This document shows positions 31,203-41,431 of a DNA stretch of 64,000 bases, piece by piece. The position numbers and the translations under genes are program-made. The notes under the pieces are model-generated. The model did no database searches and had not been told where the DNA came from. It saw only the letters and a list, made by a program, of their open reading frames with translations. The stretch comes from an uncultured Acidobacteriota bacterium (GTDB taxonomy: Bacteria; Acidobacteriota; Blastocatellia; RBC074), in contig CAWCKY010000002.1 of the NCBI GenBank assembly GCA_963796275.1, forward strand, positions 704,001 to 768,000, given 5' to 3'. The first letter of the stretch is position 1. Each line of letters begins with the position of its first letter.

Positions 31203-32228
31203 TTACTTTAGCTTGTTGTCCAAATCCAGACGACGACGAGCCTGCATCAAGACACTGAGCATGAAGCGTCCGATGTCATCGCGCCTCTCAGCATATTTCG
31301 CAGCTTCAAATGCAGCGCCGTCATACTCCTTCGGGTCAGCGTATGGCGCCGAGATTCGCTTGCCAGCTCCCTTGACCACTGGACATTCGGCGTCCGCTTG
31401 AGTGCAAACCATAATGGCCGCGAAACCACTCTGGGGGTTATGAGGGTCGGAGTAAGACTTGGAGAACTCCAAGGTCTCCAGTCCCATCCCCCAACGTACC
31501 CGGTAGATCGGATTTGCATCGCCGGAACTACCACGGGGAGCTTCCTTCCCTGATGGCTCTATCTCGACGCCGATCTCCTTGAGGGTCGCAATCGTCCTCG
31601 AATTGAAGGCGCTGGGCGTCGTGCCGCCGCTGTAGAAGCGAATGTCCGGCAGCCCATAATAGGCGGCGGCGATGTTGCCCATCGTCGAGCCCAGGATGCT
31701 TCGCCGCGAGTTGCCGGTGCAGACGACAATGACAGCCAGGGGCTTGCCGGGCTGGTAGTTCGTGCTGATCCAGGTCACCAATTCATCGGCGGCTACGCGA
31801 TGTGGCTCTTCGATCAGGTCGAACTGAGTGGTGAGCAGGTCGGCATGACGACGGACCTTGGGAAACATGTCGTCGCGGGAGCGAGGTTTTTTTTCATCTA
31901 ACATACGTTCCATCTCCAGCAGGCTGATGTAGTCATTGGCGCCGGCGAGGGGTTGGAAAACACGTTTCTCGAACACCCCGCTGACCAGATTCCATGGCAG
32001 TCTCGACTTCTTGGCGCGGAGGGCTTCGCCCAAAGTGGTCTTGAGCTGGCGGTCCTTGCTCGGAGTAAGCGCCTGTGGCTCCGCATACAGATGCGAAAAC
32101 CATAAAGCCGAGACCAGCGGGTTGCCAGGCTTAACTGCTGATTGAGTTTTTACCGCCCGAGCCGGCATTTGTGTGGCGAGAATACAGAGCGCAACAGCGC
32201 CCGCAAAGATAACTGATCGTCGTACCAT
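31203..32228 (-). CDS. LMW-PTP/ArsC-like protein with signal peptide and N-terminal extension
   Basis: P-loop VCTGNSRRS, MVCTQADAECP, YADPK; N-terminal MVRRSVIFAGAVALCILA...ARA. Confidence 0.8.
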   Translation of the reverse strand: MVRRSVIFAGAVALCILATQMPARAVKTQSAVKPGNPLVSALWFSHLYAEPQALTPSKDRQLKTTLGEALRAKKSRLPWNLVSGVFEKRVFQPLAGANDYISLLEMERMLDEKKPRSRDDMFPKVRRHADLLTTQFDLIEEPHRVAADELVTWISTNYQPGKPLAVIVVCTGNSRRSILGSTMGNIAAAYYGLPDIRFYSGGTTPSAFNSRTIATLKEIGVEIEPSGKEAPRGSSGDANPIYRVRWGMGLETLEFSKSYSDPHNPQSGFAAIMVCTQADAECPVVKGAGKRISAPYADPKEYDGAAFEAAKYAERRDDIGRFMLSVLMQARRRLDLDNKLK

Positions 32229-32352
32229 GCTGTGGGTTACTCCAATTGACAGAGTCTTTTGCCGTCTGGCGTCAAGCGGGCCGCAGCCGCTCTGATTCAC
32301 GCCGTGAGACCGCTTCGCGTCTTCGATGATGGCCTTGTTTTGGAAACAGTCT

Positions 32353-32829
32353 TTATCCCCTCGCGATACTGACGAAGGTAGGTATCGATACACCGCAGCA
32401 ATCGCCATCCCCCGCGCAGCTCCCTTCGGGAAGGTTGTCTTCCAGGACGACGAAGACCTCCCATTCGTTGCCGTCGGGGTCACTGACCCAGGTCTTGTCC
32501 TGGATCGCGTAACAGCAGTTGGTCTGCATCTCGTCGCGGGTATCAAGCCCCGCTTGTGCCCATTGCTCCCTCATTGCAAGGACGTCGTCGGTCGAAGCTA
32601 CCTGAATCCCCATGTGCGAAAGCGCGCCGCGATCGTTGAAAGATATTTCATTCAGAGCGAGGTTGAGCGGCGGATTCTGCACGTCAAACTTCGCGTAACC
32701 CGTCCTGACCTTGCTCGGCCCGATCCCCAGCATCTTTTTGTAAAACTCCACGCTCCGCTCGACGTTTCGGACGTTGAGCGAGACATGAGCCTTGATCGTC
32801 TGCACAGTTCTGGTATTTTTAGCGTTCAC
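32353..32829 (-). CDS. arsI: ArsI/CadI-family VOC protein
   Basis: HVSLNV..., GYAKF....PPLNLALNE, LSHMGIQV, TNCCYAIQDKTWV.DPDGNEWE. Confidence 0.9.
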   Translation of the reverse strand: MNAKNTRTVQTIKAHVSLNVRNVERSVEFYKKMLGIGPSKVRTGYAKFDVQNPPLNLALNEISFNDRGALSHMGIQVASTDDVLAMREQWAQAGLDTRDEMQTNCCYAIQDKTWVSDPDGNEWEVFVVLEDNLPEGSCAGDGDCCGVSIPTFVSIARG

Positions 32830-32884
32830 CTCAATCTCCTTCTAAGCTCGATCATTGAGCGTATTCTCAGACTAACAGCGAAAA

Positions 32885-32908
32885 ATATATCCGTCAAGGC
32901 GTATATGT
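32885..32908. promoter_or_regulatory. ArsR operator-like palindrome
   Basis: ATATATCCG-TCAAGG-CGTATATGT between divergent arsI and arsR; related sites at 39482, 39567, 41214, 41257 and 42264. Confidence 0.75.
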
Positions 32909-32943
32909 TCTTCGCGATTTCTTCGTGGTATCATGGTTATGTT

Positions 32944-33342
32944 ATGAGCCGATCAAATAAGGGTTTCGACCTCGAAAAATTCTTCGTCGCGCTTTCCGAC
33001 CGCAATCGTCTACGCCTGATTAACCTAATGGGGGATGATGAGGTTTGTGTGTGCTTCTTCACCGAAATCTTGAAGATGCCGCAGCCGAAGGTCTCGCGGC
33101 ATCTCGCCTACCTGCGCCGTGCGAGAATAGTAACGGCTCGTCGGGAAGGTAAATGGATGCACTATCGCCTCATTCCTCCGACCGACGAACACGCCTCGCT
33201 TATCCTTCGAAACGTGCGTGAATATCTCGCGGGTAATCGAGAGATGCAGCAAGATCGGGCGCGGCTGGTCAAGATTTGCTGCGCGCAGACGCTTCCGGTG
33301 CAGTTGCAAGGCGCGCCCCTCCCCGCCAGTTTACAGGTCTGA
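32944..33342 (+). CDS. arsR: ArsR/SmtB repressor, copy 1
   Basis: FVALSD.NRLRL...EVCVCFF....PQPKVSRHLAYLR...REGKWMHY; C-terminal CC. Confidence 0.94.
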   Translation: MSRSNKGFDLEKFFVALSDRNRLRLINLMGDDEVCVCFFTEILKMPQPKVSRHLAYLRRARIVTARREGKWMHYRLIPPTDEHASLILRNVREYLAGNREMQQDRARLVKICCAQTLPVQLQGAPLPASLQV

Positions 33343-33406
33343 GCGGACATTTATTTCGGCATGGAGACCAGCCGCCGTGCGGCTGGAGAATTCGAGGTGG
33401 AAGAAA

Positions 33407-33949
33407 TTGTTGGATCAAATCTGGCATGAGTATCACACTAGTCTACTGAGCTTTATCCGGCGCCGTGTCGATGTCGCTGATCTGGCCGAGGATATCCTTC
33501 AAGACGTTTTCATCAAGGCCCATTCACGGTTGGACACGCTGGCGCATGCGGATCGGGTGCAGAGCTGGATCTACCAGATCGCGCGCAACACGATCATTGA
33601 TTATTACCGCACCCGGAAAAGTACTGAGCCACTTACCGATGAGGTTCCGGAGCGGCCGGAGCAGGGCGATCATGAGTGGCAGGAGTTGGGAGAGTGCGTT
33701 CTGCCCATGCTCGAGATGCTTCCGAAAGGTTATCGTGACGCACTGATGCTCTCCGAGATCAATGGCCTACCTCTCATGGAGGTGGCGAAGCGGTTGAATC
33801 TCTCGCCTCCCGGCGCGAAGTCGCGTGTTCAGCGTGGTCGAGAGAAGCTTAAGAAAGTATTTCTGGATTGCTGCCATTTCGAGTTCGATTGTCGCGGGAA
33901 GCCGATCGACTGGTCGCCCAAAAAGGATTGCAATCGCATCTCCTGCTAA
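33407..33949 (+). CDS. sigZ: ECF sigma factor, SigZ-like
   Basis: AEDILQDVFIK, WIYQIARNTIIDYYR, KSRVQRGREKL...DCCHFEFD.RG. Confidence 0.88.
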   Translation: MLDQIWHEYHTSLLSFIRRRVDVADLAEDILQDVFIKAHSRLDTLAHADRVQSWIYQIARNTIIDYYRTRKSTEPLTDEVPERPEQGDHEWQELGECVLPMLEMLPKGYRDALMLSEINGLPLMEVAKRLNLSPPGAKSRVQRGREKLKKVFLDCCHFEFDCRGKPIDWSPKKDCNRISC

Positions 33950-34042
33950 ATTTTTTCCTCGGATTTTGCATCTTCTTCCGATCTCTTTCGTCTCTCTGAG
34001 TGACGGGCGGTCAAGCCCGGTTACATCGAAGTACAAAAGGAA

Positions 34043-34819
34043 ATGGATATGAAGGTTTTGTTCAGTTCAGCAATGTTTCTATGTCTATTTGCGCCAGTCT
34101 TCTTCGCGCAAGATCCACTGAAGGTGGCTCCGCAGGCGTATAAGCTCGCGTTCGAGAACGAGTGGGTGAGAGTTATGCATGTCCACTACGGTCCGCGCGA
34201 GAAAATCCCGGCTCACGATCACACTCAGCTGGCGGCCATTTACGTCTATCTGAACGACGGCGGCCCAGTCATTTTCAAACACATCGGGCTAGACTATGGC
34301 CCTATAACCAGACCGGCGACCAAAGCCGGAAGCTTCCGCATCTACAAGGCCGTTAAAGAAGTTCACGAGGTAGAAAATACGTCCGACATGCCGAGTGATT
34401 TTCTGCGGGTTGAATTCAAGACCAGGATCGTTGACGAGAAGACCTTACGCGGCCGTTTCTATCGGGAGTCATGGCCTGCCGGCGAAAATTTCGAGAGGAC
34501 GCAGTTTGAGGACGAGCAAATTCGAGTTACTCGACTGGCCTGCGCGCCGGGTAAAAAGCTCGACATCCCATCGAGTCCGACCGGTCCGGCTTTGCTGGTC
34601 CCCTTTTCCAAGGTGCGTCTCGACGTGGTCGGGCAGAAAGGCAATGCCATGAGGGCCGATCTTGAGCCCGGGAAGACAGGTTGGCAACAGGCCGGCCAGC
34701 AGCTGCGGCTTGAAAGCCCGGGCAATGCGCCGGCGGAGTTGCTGCGCTTCGAGTTTAAGACCGAACCGGTAAAGGGTGTTGATAGGAAGGGAACAGCCCA
34801 TGAACATCCGCGTGAATAG
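34043..34819 (+). CDS. secreted bicupin-like protein
   Basis: Signal peptide; QDPLKVAP..YK..FENE.VRV....YGP.EK...HDH. Confidence 0.75.
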   Translation: MDMKVLFSSAMFLCLFAPVFFAQDPLKVAPQAYKLAFENEWVRVMHVHYGPREKIPAHDHTQLAAIYVYLNDGGPVIFKHIGLDYGPITRPATKAGSFRIYKAVKEVHEVENTSDMPSDFLRVEFKTRIVDEKTLRGRFYRESWPAGENFERTQFEDEQIRVTRLACAPGKKLDIPSSPTGPALLVPFSKVRLDVVGQKGNAMRADLEPGKTGWQQAGQQLRLESPGNAPAELLRFEFKTEPVKGVDRKGTAHEHPRE

Positions 34820-34997
34820 ATAAGGAGCAGAAGCGCAATCTCTCTTAACCGGGTACAGTGACACTTAAACTCTCGCGCAATCCCTCTCAAAAGGCTTACC
34901 TGAGGCAAGACCCGTATTCTCTAGCAACCGGAGTCATCAACGTATTGCGCCAACGCATCATTCCCTCAGCCTGAGTAAGGCTGGACTTACAATGTTC

Positions 34998-35384
34998 TCA
35001 CTGGCCTGTCGGATGATTCTGGTCGGATGAGAGACATATGCAGTCGATTGTGGTGAGAGTGTAACCTATATTCGGTTTGGTCAGGATGTGGACGCCGAAG
35101 AGCCTTAGCTTACGCCGTAGGGTGGAGATGTGCACCTTCAACAAATTCGACGCGCCTTGATCGAATACTTGATTCTCACCCCATACCGAAGCCCAGATAT
35201 CCGATTGCGGCACGGGGCGTCCGATCTCTCGCACCAGACGTGAAAGAATCAGAAACTCCTTGGCTGTCAGGCTGTAGATCGGCCTGTTGGCGCAGGCCAC
35301 ATAGAACTTATTGTGCTCAACCCGCAAACAGCCGTCGTCATATACGTCCTGCTCTGTAATTCGCTTTTCTTCTTTTCGTGACAT
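34998..35384 (-). CDS. stand-alone OmpR/PhoB-type winged-helix DNA-binding protein
   Basis: LTAKEFLIL..L....GRPV....I...VWG......L.VHIS.LRRKL.......T....GY; no receiver domain. Confidence 0.85.
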   Translation of the reverse strand: MSRKEEKRITEQDVYDDGCLRVEHNKFYVACANRPIYSLTAKEFLILSRLVREIGRPVPQSDIWASVWGENQVFDQGASNLLKVHISTLRRKLRLFGVHILTKPNIGYTLTTIDCICLSSDQNHPTGQ

Positions 35385-35450
35385 ACCAAGTCCTGTGTGA
35401 ATCGTGTTTGTGAGTTTCGACGTGTTTTAATTCCGCGGGTGTCAATAGGG

Positions 35451-35483
35451 CAGCGCCCGCGATTGAGGAGATCGCGAGCGCTG
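35451..35483 (-). terminator. GC-rich hairpin downstream of the TonB receptor gene
   Basis: CAGCGCCCGCGAT...ATCGCGAGCGCTG. Confidence 0.45.
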
Positions 35484-35518
35484 TTGAGTGAATGCCTCAG
35501 ACCCCAGGAAATCTCTTC

Positions 35519-38500
35519 CTAGAATTTAAGCTTGAGACCAAATTGCATCACGCGCGGCCCACCGATCGTGTTAAGGATCGTACCGAGTTCGGTTGGATCC
35601 AACAGGTCGTTACCGGGATTGGCGAAGTTGACAGTGTTGAAGATATTGAAAATATCCCAACGGAACTCAAGACCTAGCCTTTCTTTAAGTTGCGTGTCCT
35701 TCGCAACTCCGAAATCGAAGCGCTTCTGCGAAGGCCCGCGCAAGATATTGCGTCCCAGGCTGCCGAAGCCAAGATTGCCCGGATAACCGCCAGCCAATGA
35801 AGTTGCTGAGCAGAGCACGGAAGGATTGAAGTAACCCTCGGTGATGTCATCACTCTGTTGCCGTAACTGGTCCATCGTGCCGCAGAGGCTTGGCCGGCCA
35901 AATCCCAGGCGATACAACCCACCTGAACCACGGAACGGATCATTGTATTGCGATGCGTTCCCGATCTCAGGCTCTGACGCAAAGATGCTGAATGGCGAGC
36001 CTGACTGGATTTGTGCAAATCCGGAGACCTGCCACCCCTTCACCAAACGCGATCTGGAGAATGGCAATTCGTACACGAAGCTGGCGCTGAAGCGATGCGT
36101 GCGGTCAAAGTCCGAAACTCCCCGGTTGCTCCTCAGGTCGCGTTGATTGCCTTGAACCACGAAACCTGTGTTCGGAACGTCGGGTTTACCAGCGCCCGCC
36201 GTGCTCCCAGGATCTGACGAGAGGTAATCCATCGACTTCGACCAGGTGTAGAAGCCGTTGAATTGCAATCCCCTCGAGAAACGCTGGGTGACACCGAACT
36301 GCAATCCGTGATAGATCGAATTGCCAGATGACTGCAGCAAGAGCGCCTCGGGAATGTTGAACCCGAGGATGGGTCCGCGAGCCTCAAACCCGATCAACGC
36401 GCCAGCAGCATTGCTCAGATTGTAGTCAAGCAGCCCTGTCGTGGTGTTGGTGAATCCGAATGCTCTGCCAAGCCCTCGCGCGCGAGCTGTCGCTCCGGGG
36501 TTGAGCGCCCCGTTCGGGCTGCCCGCCGCGACATATGCCTGGTTGAAACGTTCGAGAATGAAATCCGGCGTGTTCGGATCGTTCAGATCGTAGCCTTGGT
36601 TGAAGGCGATAGACTGAAGAAGCTTGGTGCCCTTCGTGCCGACATATCGCCCTTCAAGCATCATATTTTTGGTCAATTCGTACTGGAACCCAAAGTTCCA
36701 CTGTTGAACATAAGGTGTTCGCAGATTGCGATCGACCGAGCGGAACTCAAACGTCTCGGCGACGTTACCGCGTGCAGGCAGCCCGGTCGCCAGGTCTATA
36801 GGGTTGTTAGTTCCATTGGACTGTCTCGTCACATTCGTACCATCGCGGATCACGTATGTACCGCCAGTCTGGTAGACGATTCGGTTGGGAAGATAATTAT
36901 TGAATCCAAGCGTCGGATCCTGCTGTGAGAAGGCCTGGTCAAACGGTACAGCTCGTGTCGGCGCCGTCACCTCGACTTCACGCAGGAACGGATAGTTGGA
37001 GAAGACAGTGTTCATGAAGGCCGCCGACGGACGGTCGAAGAAGAAGCCGTAACCACCGCGGACCACCAGGCGGTTGCTGTTCAACGGCGTGAAAGCAAAA
37101 CCGAAGCGAGGGGCAAAATTGTTCAAGTCCTGCCCCTTGAGCGTGTGCTTGTTATCGGCCCTGATCGAAGTAGCAATCGCATCGTTGATTGCCGAGAACT
37201 GCGTTGTCTGTACGTTGCTCGGTACAATGAAACCATTGACGGGGTTGTTGACGTTGGTCAAACTCTCGAAGTCGAAGTTCCCGATCCGCCCGTTCTTCTC
37301 CGTCGGCCAACCGAACCAATCCCAGCGGAGCCCGAGATTTAAGGTTAATTTCTGGCTCGCCTTCCAGTCGGTTGCGATGTACGCGCTGACGTCGTTCATC
37401 CGGAAGCTCTTATCGGTGATGCCGAACTGTGTGTCTCCTTCGGTCGCCAGTCCAGTCAGGAACTGGGTGAAGTTCTCAAACTTCTCGAATTCCGTCGCCT
37501 GCTCCTCAGGCAGATTGGTGTCGTAGAGGTGACGTTTGAACTCTCCGCCGAATCTGAACGTATTGGCGCCGCGTGTCCATGTCACATTATCCCCAAAGCT
37601 GAAAGTTTGTTGCTTGCGTTTGTTGAAGACATCGTTTGGACCGCCGAACGATAGTCTCGAAGTGTTATTTCTGAAGATGTAGTGCCCGAGACGTTGCGTG
37701 CCAGGACTGTTATCGAAGAATGTCGCCGGATTGGGGATGCCAAATTGAGCATTGGTGATCCCCAGAAACTCGTCAGTCAAACTACGGGTGTTGTCCAGAT
37801 TAAAATACCCGAAGCGAGCTTCATTGATCAGCGTCGGGCTGATCGTGTGAATATCGGAAAGCGCGAGCGTGCGGTTGCGGTCATTGCGATCCAATGTGAA
37901 TGGCGAGGCCAGGGTCGACGGGTCCGGAAATGGATCATTGGCCGGGAAGTTGGCGAAGAAGAACGTTCCGCTCAACCGGTTCGACTCTCTTATTTGATAA
38001 TCGAGCTTGGTGGTGAACTGATTTTGTTCGAACTGCGCGGGGACGACATTACGCTGGAGAATGAGCGGGTTAAGACCGCGGAAATCGCCGAGCAAATCGT
38101 TATTGCGGACTGTATTGCCAATGGGGGTGTCAAAGGTGCGCCTTCCTCCTGGACGTGGCGCAGGTATGATGAAGTCTCCGGTTACTGGGTTTCTCTGGTT
38201 GAGTAGCGCAACTGCAAGTGGCGATATCTGGCCCGCAGTCAGACCGAGTCCCGGATTGGCCGCGTTAAAGGCGGCGGCGAGATTTGCTGCAGTGCGATCT
38301 CCGCTGATCAACCCTAACGCTTCCGGCAGGACCGTCAGGCTGCTGGCCGTCGGCACAAACGCGGTATCTGCATTCGTGTATTGATAACCGCCGAAGAAGA
38401 ACAGCTTATCCTTCTTGATCGGGCCGCCGACCGTGAACCCGCCTTCGTTGCGACGCGCTTTCGGGCGGTCGATCCCATCGCGGTTGAAGAAGTAGTCGTT

Positions 38501-39337
38501 GGCATTGAGCGCTTCATTCTGCAGGTAGTAGTACCCTGACCCGTGGAAGGCGTTGCCGCCGCTCTTGGTAACGATCTGGAAATTGCCCCCGCCGGAGCGT
38601 CCGGTCGACGCGTCGTAGAGGCTGGTTTGCAACTTCACTTCTTGCAGCGTTTCAGGCGCGGGCGAGATGTTATCGTTGAATGAGCCCTCGTTGGTCGTGA
38701 AGTTGGTCGCATCGACACCGTTGAATGTAAGGCTGGTCGATGTCGTGCGCGTTCCATTGACTGACGGCGAAATGTTACCGGTGCCGTTGGTCAATACCGG
38801 CGGCAGATCCGCGCTGACGCCAGCCTCGGCTGAAAGCAATGTCGTAAAGCTTCGCGTCGCCGTCGGCACCTGAACCAGCTCATCACCGCTCAACTGGCGG
38901 AAGGTGGTTGCCGTGGTAGGCGTAGCAAGCGGGGCCGTGTCTGTGATGTTTACCTCAACGCTCACCTCGCCGATCTCGAGTTTCGTGTCGAGGACACGTG
39001 GTACAGCCGCTTCGACGGGCACACTCTCCCAGTTCGCTTTCTTGAAACTCTGGGCTTCGATTGTGATTTTGTATGAGCCGACCGGCAGCACATTAATCGT
39101 CCAGCGGCCCTGAGCATCAGTTATCGCGGTGCGATTCAATCCGGTTTCAGTGTTTGTCGCGGTGACCTTAGCGCCTAAAACGGCGGCGCCACCCTGGTCT
39201 ACAACCGTGCCCGATAAACTTCCAGTCGGGCCCGATTGCCCCAGGGCAGATAGGGGGATCATAAAAACGATGCCGAGAAACAGGGCTGAGAGGGCAGTGA
39301 CCGTAGCTCCTGTCGCTCGGACCTTGATAGGTTGCAT
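35519..39337 (-). CDS. TonB-dependent receptor with carboxypeptidase-regulatory-like N-domain (Oar type)
   Basis: GSLSGTVVDQGGA.V.GAKVT, EVKLQTSLYDA..GRSGGG....VTKSG.N.FHGS.Y, NNFAPRFGFA, C-terminal PRVMQFGLKLKF. Confidence 0.93.
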   Translation of the reverse strand: MQPIKVRATGATVTALSALFLGIVFMIPLSALGQSGPTGSLSGTVVDQGGAAVLGAKVTATNTETGLNRTAITDAQGRWTINVLPVGSYKITIEAQSFKKANWESVPVEAAVPRVLDTKLEIGEVSVEVNITDTAPLATPTTATTFRQLSGDELVQVPTATRSFTTLLSAEAGVSADLPPVLTNGTGNISPSVNGTRTTSTSLTFNGVDATNFTTNEGSFNDNISPAPETLQEVKLQTSLYDASTGRSGGGNFQIVTKSGGNAFHGSGYYYLQNEALNANDYFFNRDGIDRPKARRNEGGFTVGGPIKKDKLFFFGGYQYTNADTAFVPTASSLTVLPEALGLISGDRTAANLAAAFNAANPGLGLTAGQISPLAVALLNQRNPVTGDFIIPAPRPGGRRTFDTPIGNTVRNNDLLGDFRGLNPLILQRNVVPAQFEQNQFTTKLDYQIRESNRLSGTFFFANFPANDPFPDPSTLASPFTLDRNDRNRTLALSDIHTISPTLINEARFGYFNLDNTRSLTDEFLGITNAQFGIPNPATFFDNSPGTQRLGHYIFRNNTSRLSFGGPNDVFNKRKQQTFSFGDNVTWTRGANTFRFGGEFKRHLYDTNLPEEQATEFEKFENFTQFLTGLATEGDTQFGITDKSFRMNDVSAYIATDWKASQKLTLNLGLRWDWFGWPTEKNGRIGNFDFESLTNVNNPVNGFIVPSNVQTTQFSAINDAIATSIRADNKHTLKGQDLNNFAPRFGFAFTPLNSNRLVVRGGYGFFFDRPSAAFMNTVFSNYPFLREVEVTAPTRAVPFDQAFSQQDPTLGFNNYLPNRIVYQTGGTYVIRDGTNVTRQSNGTNNPIDLATGLPARGNVAETFEFRSVDRNLRTPYVQQWNFGFQYELTKNMMLEGRYVGTKGTKLLQSIAFNQGYDLNDPNTPDFILERFNQAYVAAGSPNGALNPGATARARGLGRAFGFTNTTTGLLDYNLSNAAGALIGFEARGPILGFNIPEALLLQSSGNSIYHGLQFGVTQRFSRGLQFNGFYTWSKSMDYLSSDPGSTAGAGKPDVPNTGFVVQGNQRDLRSNRGVSDFDRTHRFSASFVYELPFSRSRLVKGWQVSGFAQIQSGSPFSIFASEPEIGNASQYNDPFRGSGGLYRLGFGRPSLCGTMDQLRQQSDDITEGYFNPSVLCSATSLAGGYPGNLGFGSLGRNILRGPSQKRFDFGVAKDTQLKERLGLEFRWDIFNIFNTVNFANPGNDLLDPTELGTILNTIGGPRVMQFGLKLKF

Positions 39338-39741
39338 AACTATCTCCTTAATTCTTCGTTGCGAGCTCAACGGTGGCGTAGTCCTACCCACTAGTCGCAA
39401 CGTTGTTGTGACTACTTCGTGAAAAAAAACAGCTTGTGACCGAAGACATACGGGCAGATCTGCCGGCTAACGAGCCCTACCTTATATTCCTCTATATGAA
39501 TATGAAATTTCAGTCTATTCCCCGGAGTTTAAAAAAAGATAAAGACAAAGTTAATTCCATGTTAATTCATATATGCTTTAGCGTATTTGAAATGGGGTAA
39601 GCTGAAAGAGTGAAACCCTGGTTGAGCTAGTGGCCCCTTTCGGGATCGGCATAGGATCAAGGGCTAACTCCTTCCTTTTCAATCCGGGTTAATACGAGGA
39701 TTTAACATCGCTTTAACCTGGCATTGTTAAAATCGCTACCC

Positions 39742-40248
39742 ATGAAGAGGGCTGACAGAGATTTCGACACCGAAAAATTCTTTACCGCATTGTCGGATAA
39801 TACACGGCTGCGATTGCTCAATTTGATGGGCGAAGATGAGGTTTGCGTCTGCTTTTTCGTCGAAATCCTTGAAGCGAATCAGCCGAAAATCTCCCGCCAT
39901 CTCGCTTACCTGCGTAAGGCTGGATTAGTGGCCTCACGTAGGGAAGGCAAATGGATGCACTATCGGATTACCACTCCGGCGGAACCTCACGCCGCCCGGA
40001 TCTTACGCAACGTGAGGAACTGGCTTGAGGAGAATCCGGAGATGCGTCTTGAGCGAGAGCGTCTCGCCACTCTTTGCTGCTCACCGGAACTCTCCGATGG
40101 CTTACAGGATGCGCCGCGCCCGGCCAGGCTCGGCCCAATCCGGTCTCCCTCTGGGGTAAATGGAAATGGCCACTATCGTGGGCGTTCCTGGATAGGCAAC
40201 CACAATGATCGAAGCACGGAAGAGAGGCATTGCGGCGCGCATTTGTAA
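39742..40248 (+). CDS. arsR: ArsR repressor, copy 2
   Basis: FTALSD.TRLRLL..., EVCVCFF, QPKISRHLAYLR, LCC. Confidence 0.92.
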   Translation: MKRADRDFDTEKFFTALSDNTRLRLLNLMGEDEVCVCFFVEILEANQPKISRHLAYLRKAGLVASRREGKWMHYRITTPAEPHAARILRNVRNWLEENPEMRLERERLATLCCSPELSDGLQDAPRPARLGPIRSPSGVNGNGHYRGRSWIGNHNDRSTEERHCGAHL

Positions 40249-40270
40249 GGTAGCGCGCAGGTAAACAGGA

Positions 40271-41158
40271 TCAGAAATCGTAAGGCGTAGACGCTATCTT
40301 ATTCAGTAGCTCTTTGGCCTGTTTTTCCAACAGTGGCCTGCTCCCATTGCTTGATTTCAGAAAGTGGTTAAGGTCTTGCGCCGCTCTGGATGGATCATTT
40401 TTGAGCTGCAGGATCTGCCCGCGACAGGAATATGCCTCGGCCATATTCGCGTTTAGCTCTATTGCCCGGTTGCAATCCGCAAACGCTTCATCCAGGCTCC
40501 CTCGTAATTTATGGGCGAGTCCGCGATTAAAATAGGCGGTGGCATAGTTCGGATCGAACCGGACGGCGGATGAGTAATCGGCTATGGCTCCATTCAAATC
40601 GCCTTTGACCTTCTTCGCATTGCCCCGGTTGTTATATGCCGCGGTGAAATGCGAGTCGAGTTCGATGGCTCTGTCGTAGTCGTCGATGGCTCCGTTCAGA
40701 TCGCCCAAGACTTTCTTTATATTCCCACGATTATTCCAAACCTCTTTCAGACGTGAGTCGAGCGAAATCGCGCGATCGTAGTCTGAGAGCGCTCCTCCAG
40801 GATCATTATTCCTCTGCCGGATCAGACCTCGGTTGTAAAAAGCCTCGGGGAACCTGGGGGTCAGCTCGATAGCTCTGTCGATGTCCGCCGCCGCTTTATC
40901 AAGGTCTCCCTTATCAAACAGGACCACGCCACGGCAGTAGAAATTCATCGCTGACGTCGGGTCGAAAGTAATTGCAATTTCGAAGTCTTTCAGCGCCAGA
41001 TCGAGCCGATCCTTCGACAACCAGTCGAGTCCGCGCGCCCGATAAGAGGACGCAGAGTCTGAACGCGATGTCTGTGCCCTGGCGACGAGCGACACCATCA
41101 GAAGGGACACTCCAAAAGCCAATCCGGCAAACCTCGTCAGATTTCCGATTCGGTTCAT
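40271..41158 (-). CDS. secreted TPR-repeat protein
   Basis: Signal peptide; about 7 repeats of AY.NRG......GDL..AI.DY.RAIEL. Confidence 0.9.
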   Translation of the reverse strand: MNRIGNLTRFAGLAFGVSLLMVSLVARAQTSRSDSASSYRARGLDWLSKDRLDLALKDFEIAITFDPTSAMNFYCRGVVLFDKGDLDKAAADIDRAIELTPRFPEAFYNRGLIRQRNNDPGGALSDYDRAISLDSRLKEVWNNRGNIKKVLGDLNGAIDDYDRAIELDSHFTAAYNNRGNAKKVKGDLNGAIADYSSAVRFDPNYATAYFNRGLAHKLRGSLDEAFADCNRAIELNANMAEAYSCRGQILQLKNDPSRAAQDLNHFLKSSNGSRPLLEKQAKELLNKIASTPYDF

Positions 41159-41431
41159 AGCGGGCCTCCTTTTACAGATCGCCGGAGATGGTTGACTTCC
41201 GATCAACCAAAATACATATTCCTATGAGCGTATGTGTCGCAAGGTAGCGCCAATGATCAAATATGTCAAGGCGAATATATCTGGCCGGATTTTCGTATGG
41301 AGTACGGTTGAGAAGTTTCACTCAGAGCCGAACTCTCAAGATCAGCAGGGCGCGTCGGATGGGGCTTGGTGAAAAAGGTATAAGGTCAATACAAAAATAG
41401 ACACGGCGAATTCGTGCTGTATCCTGGAATG

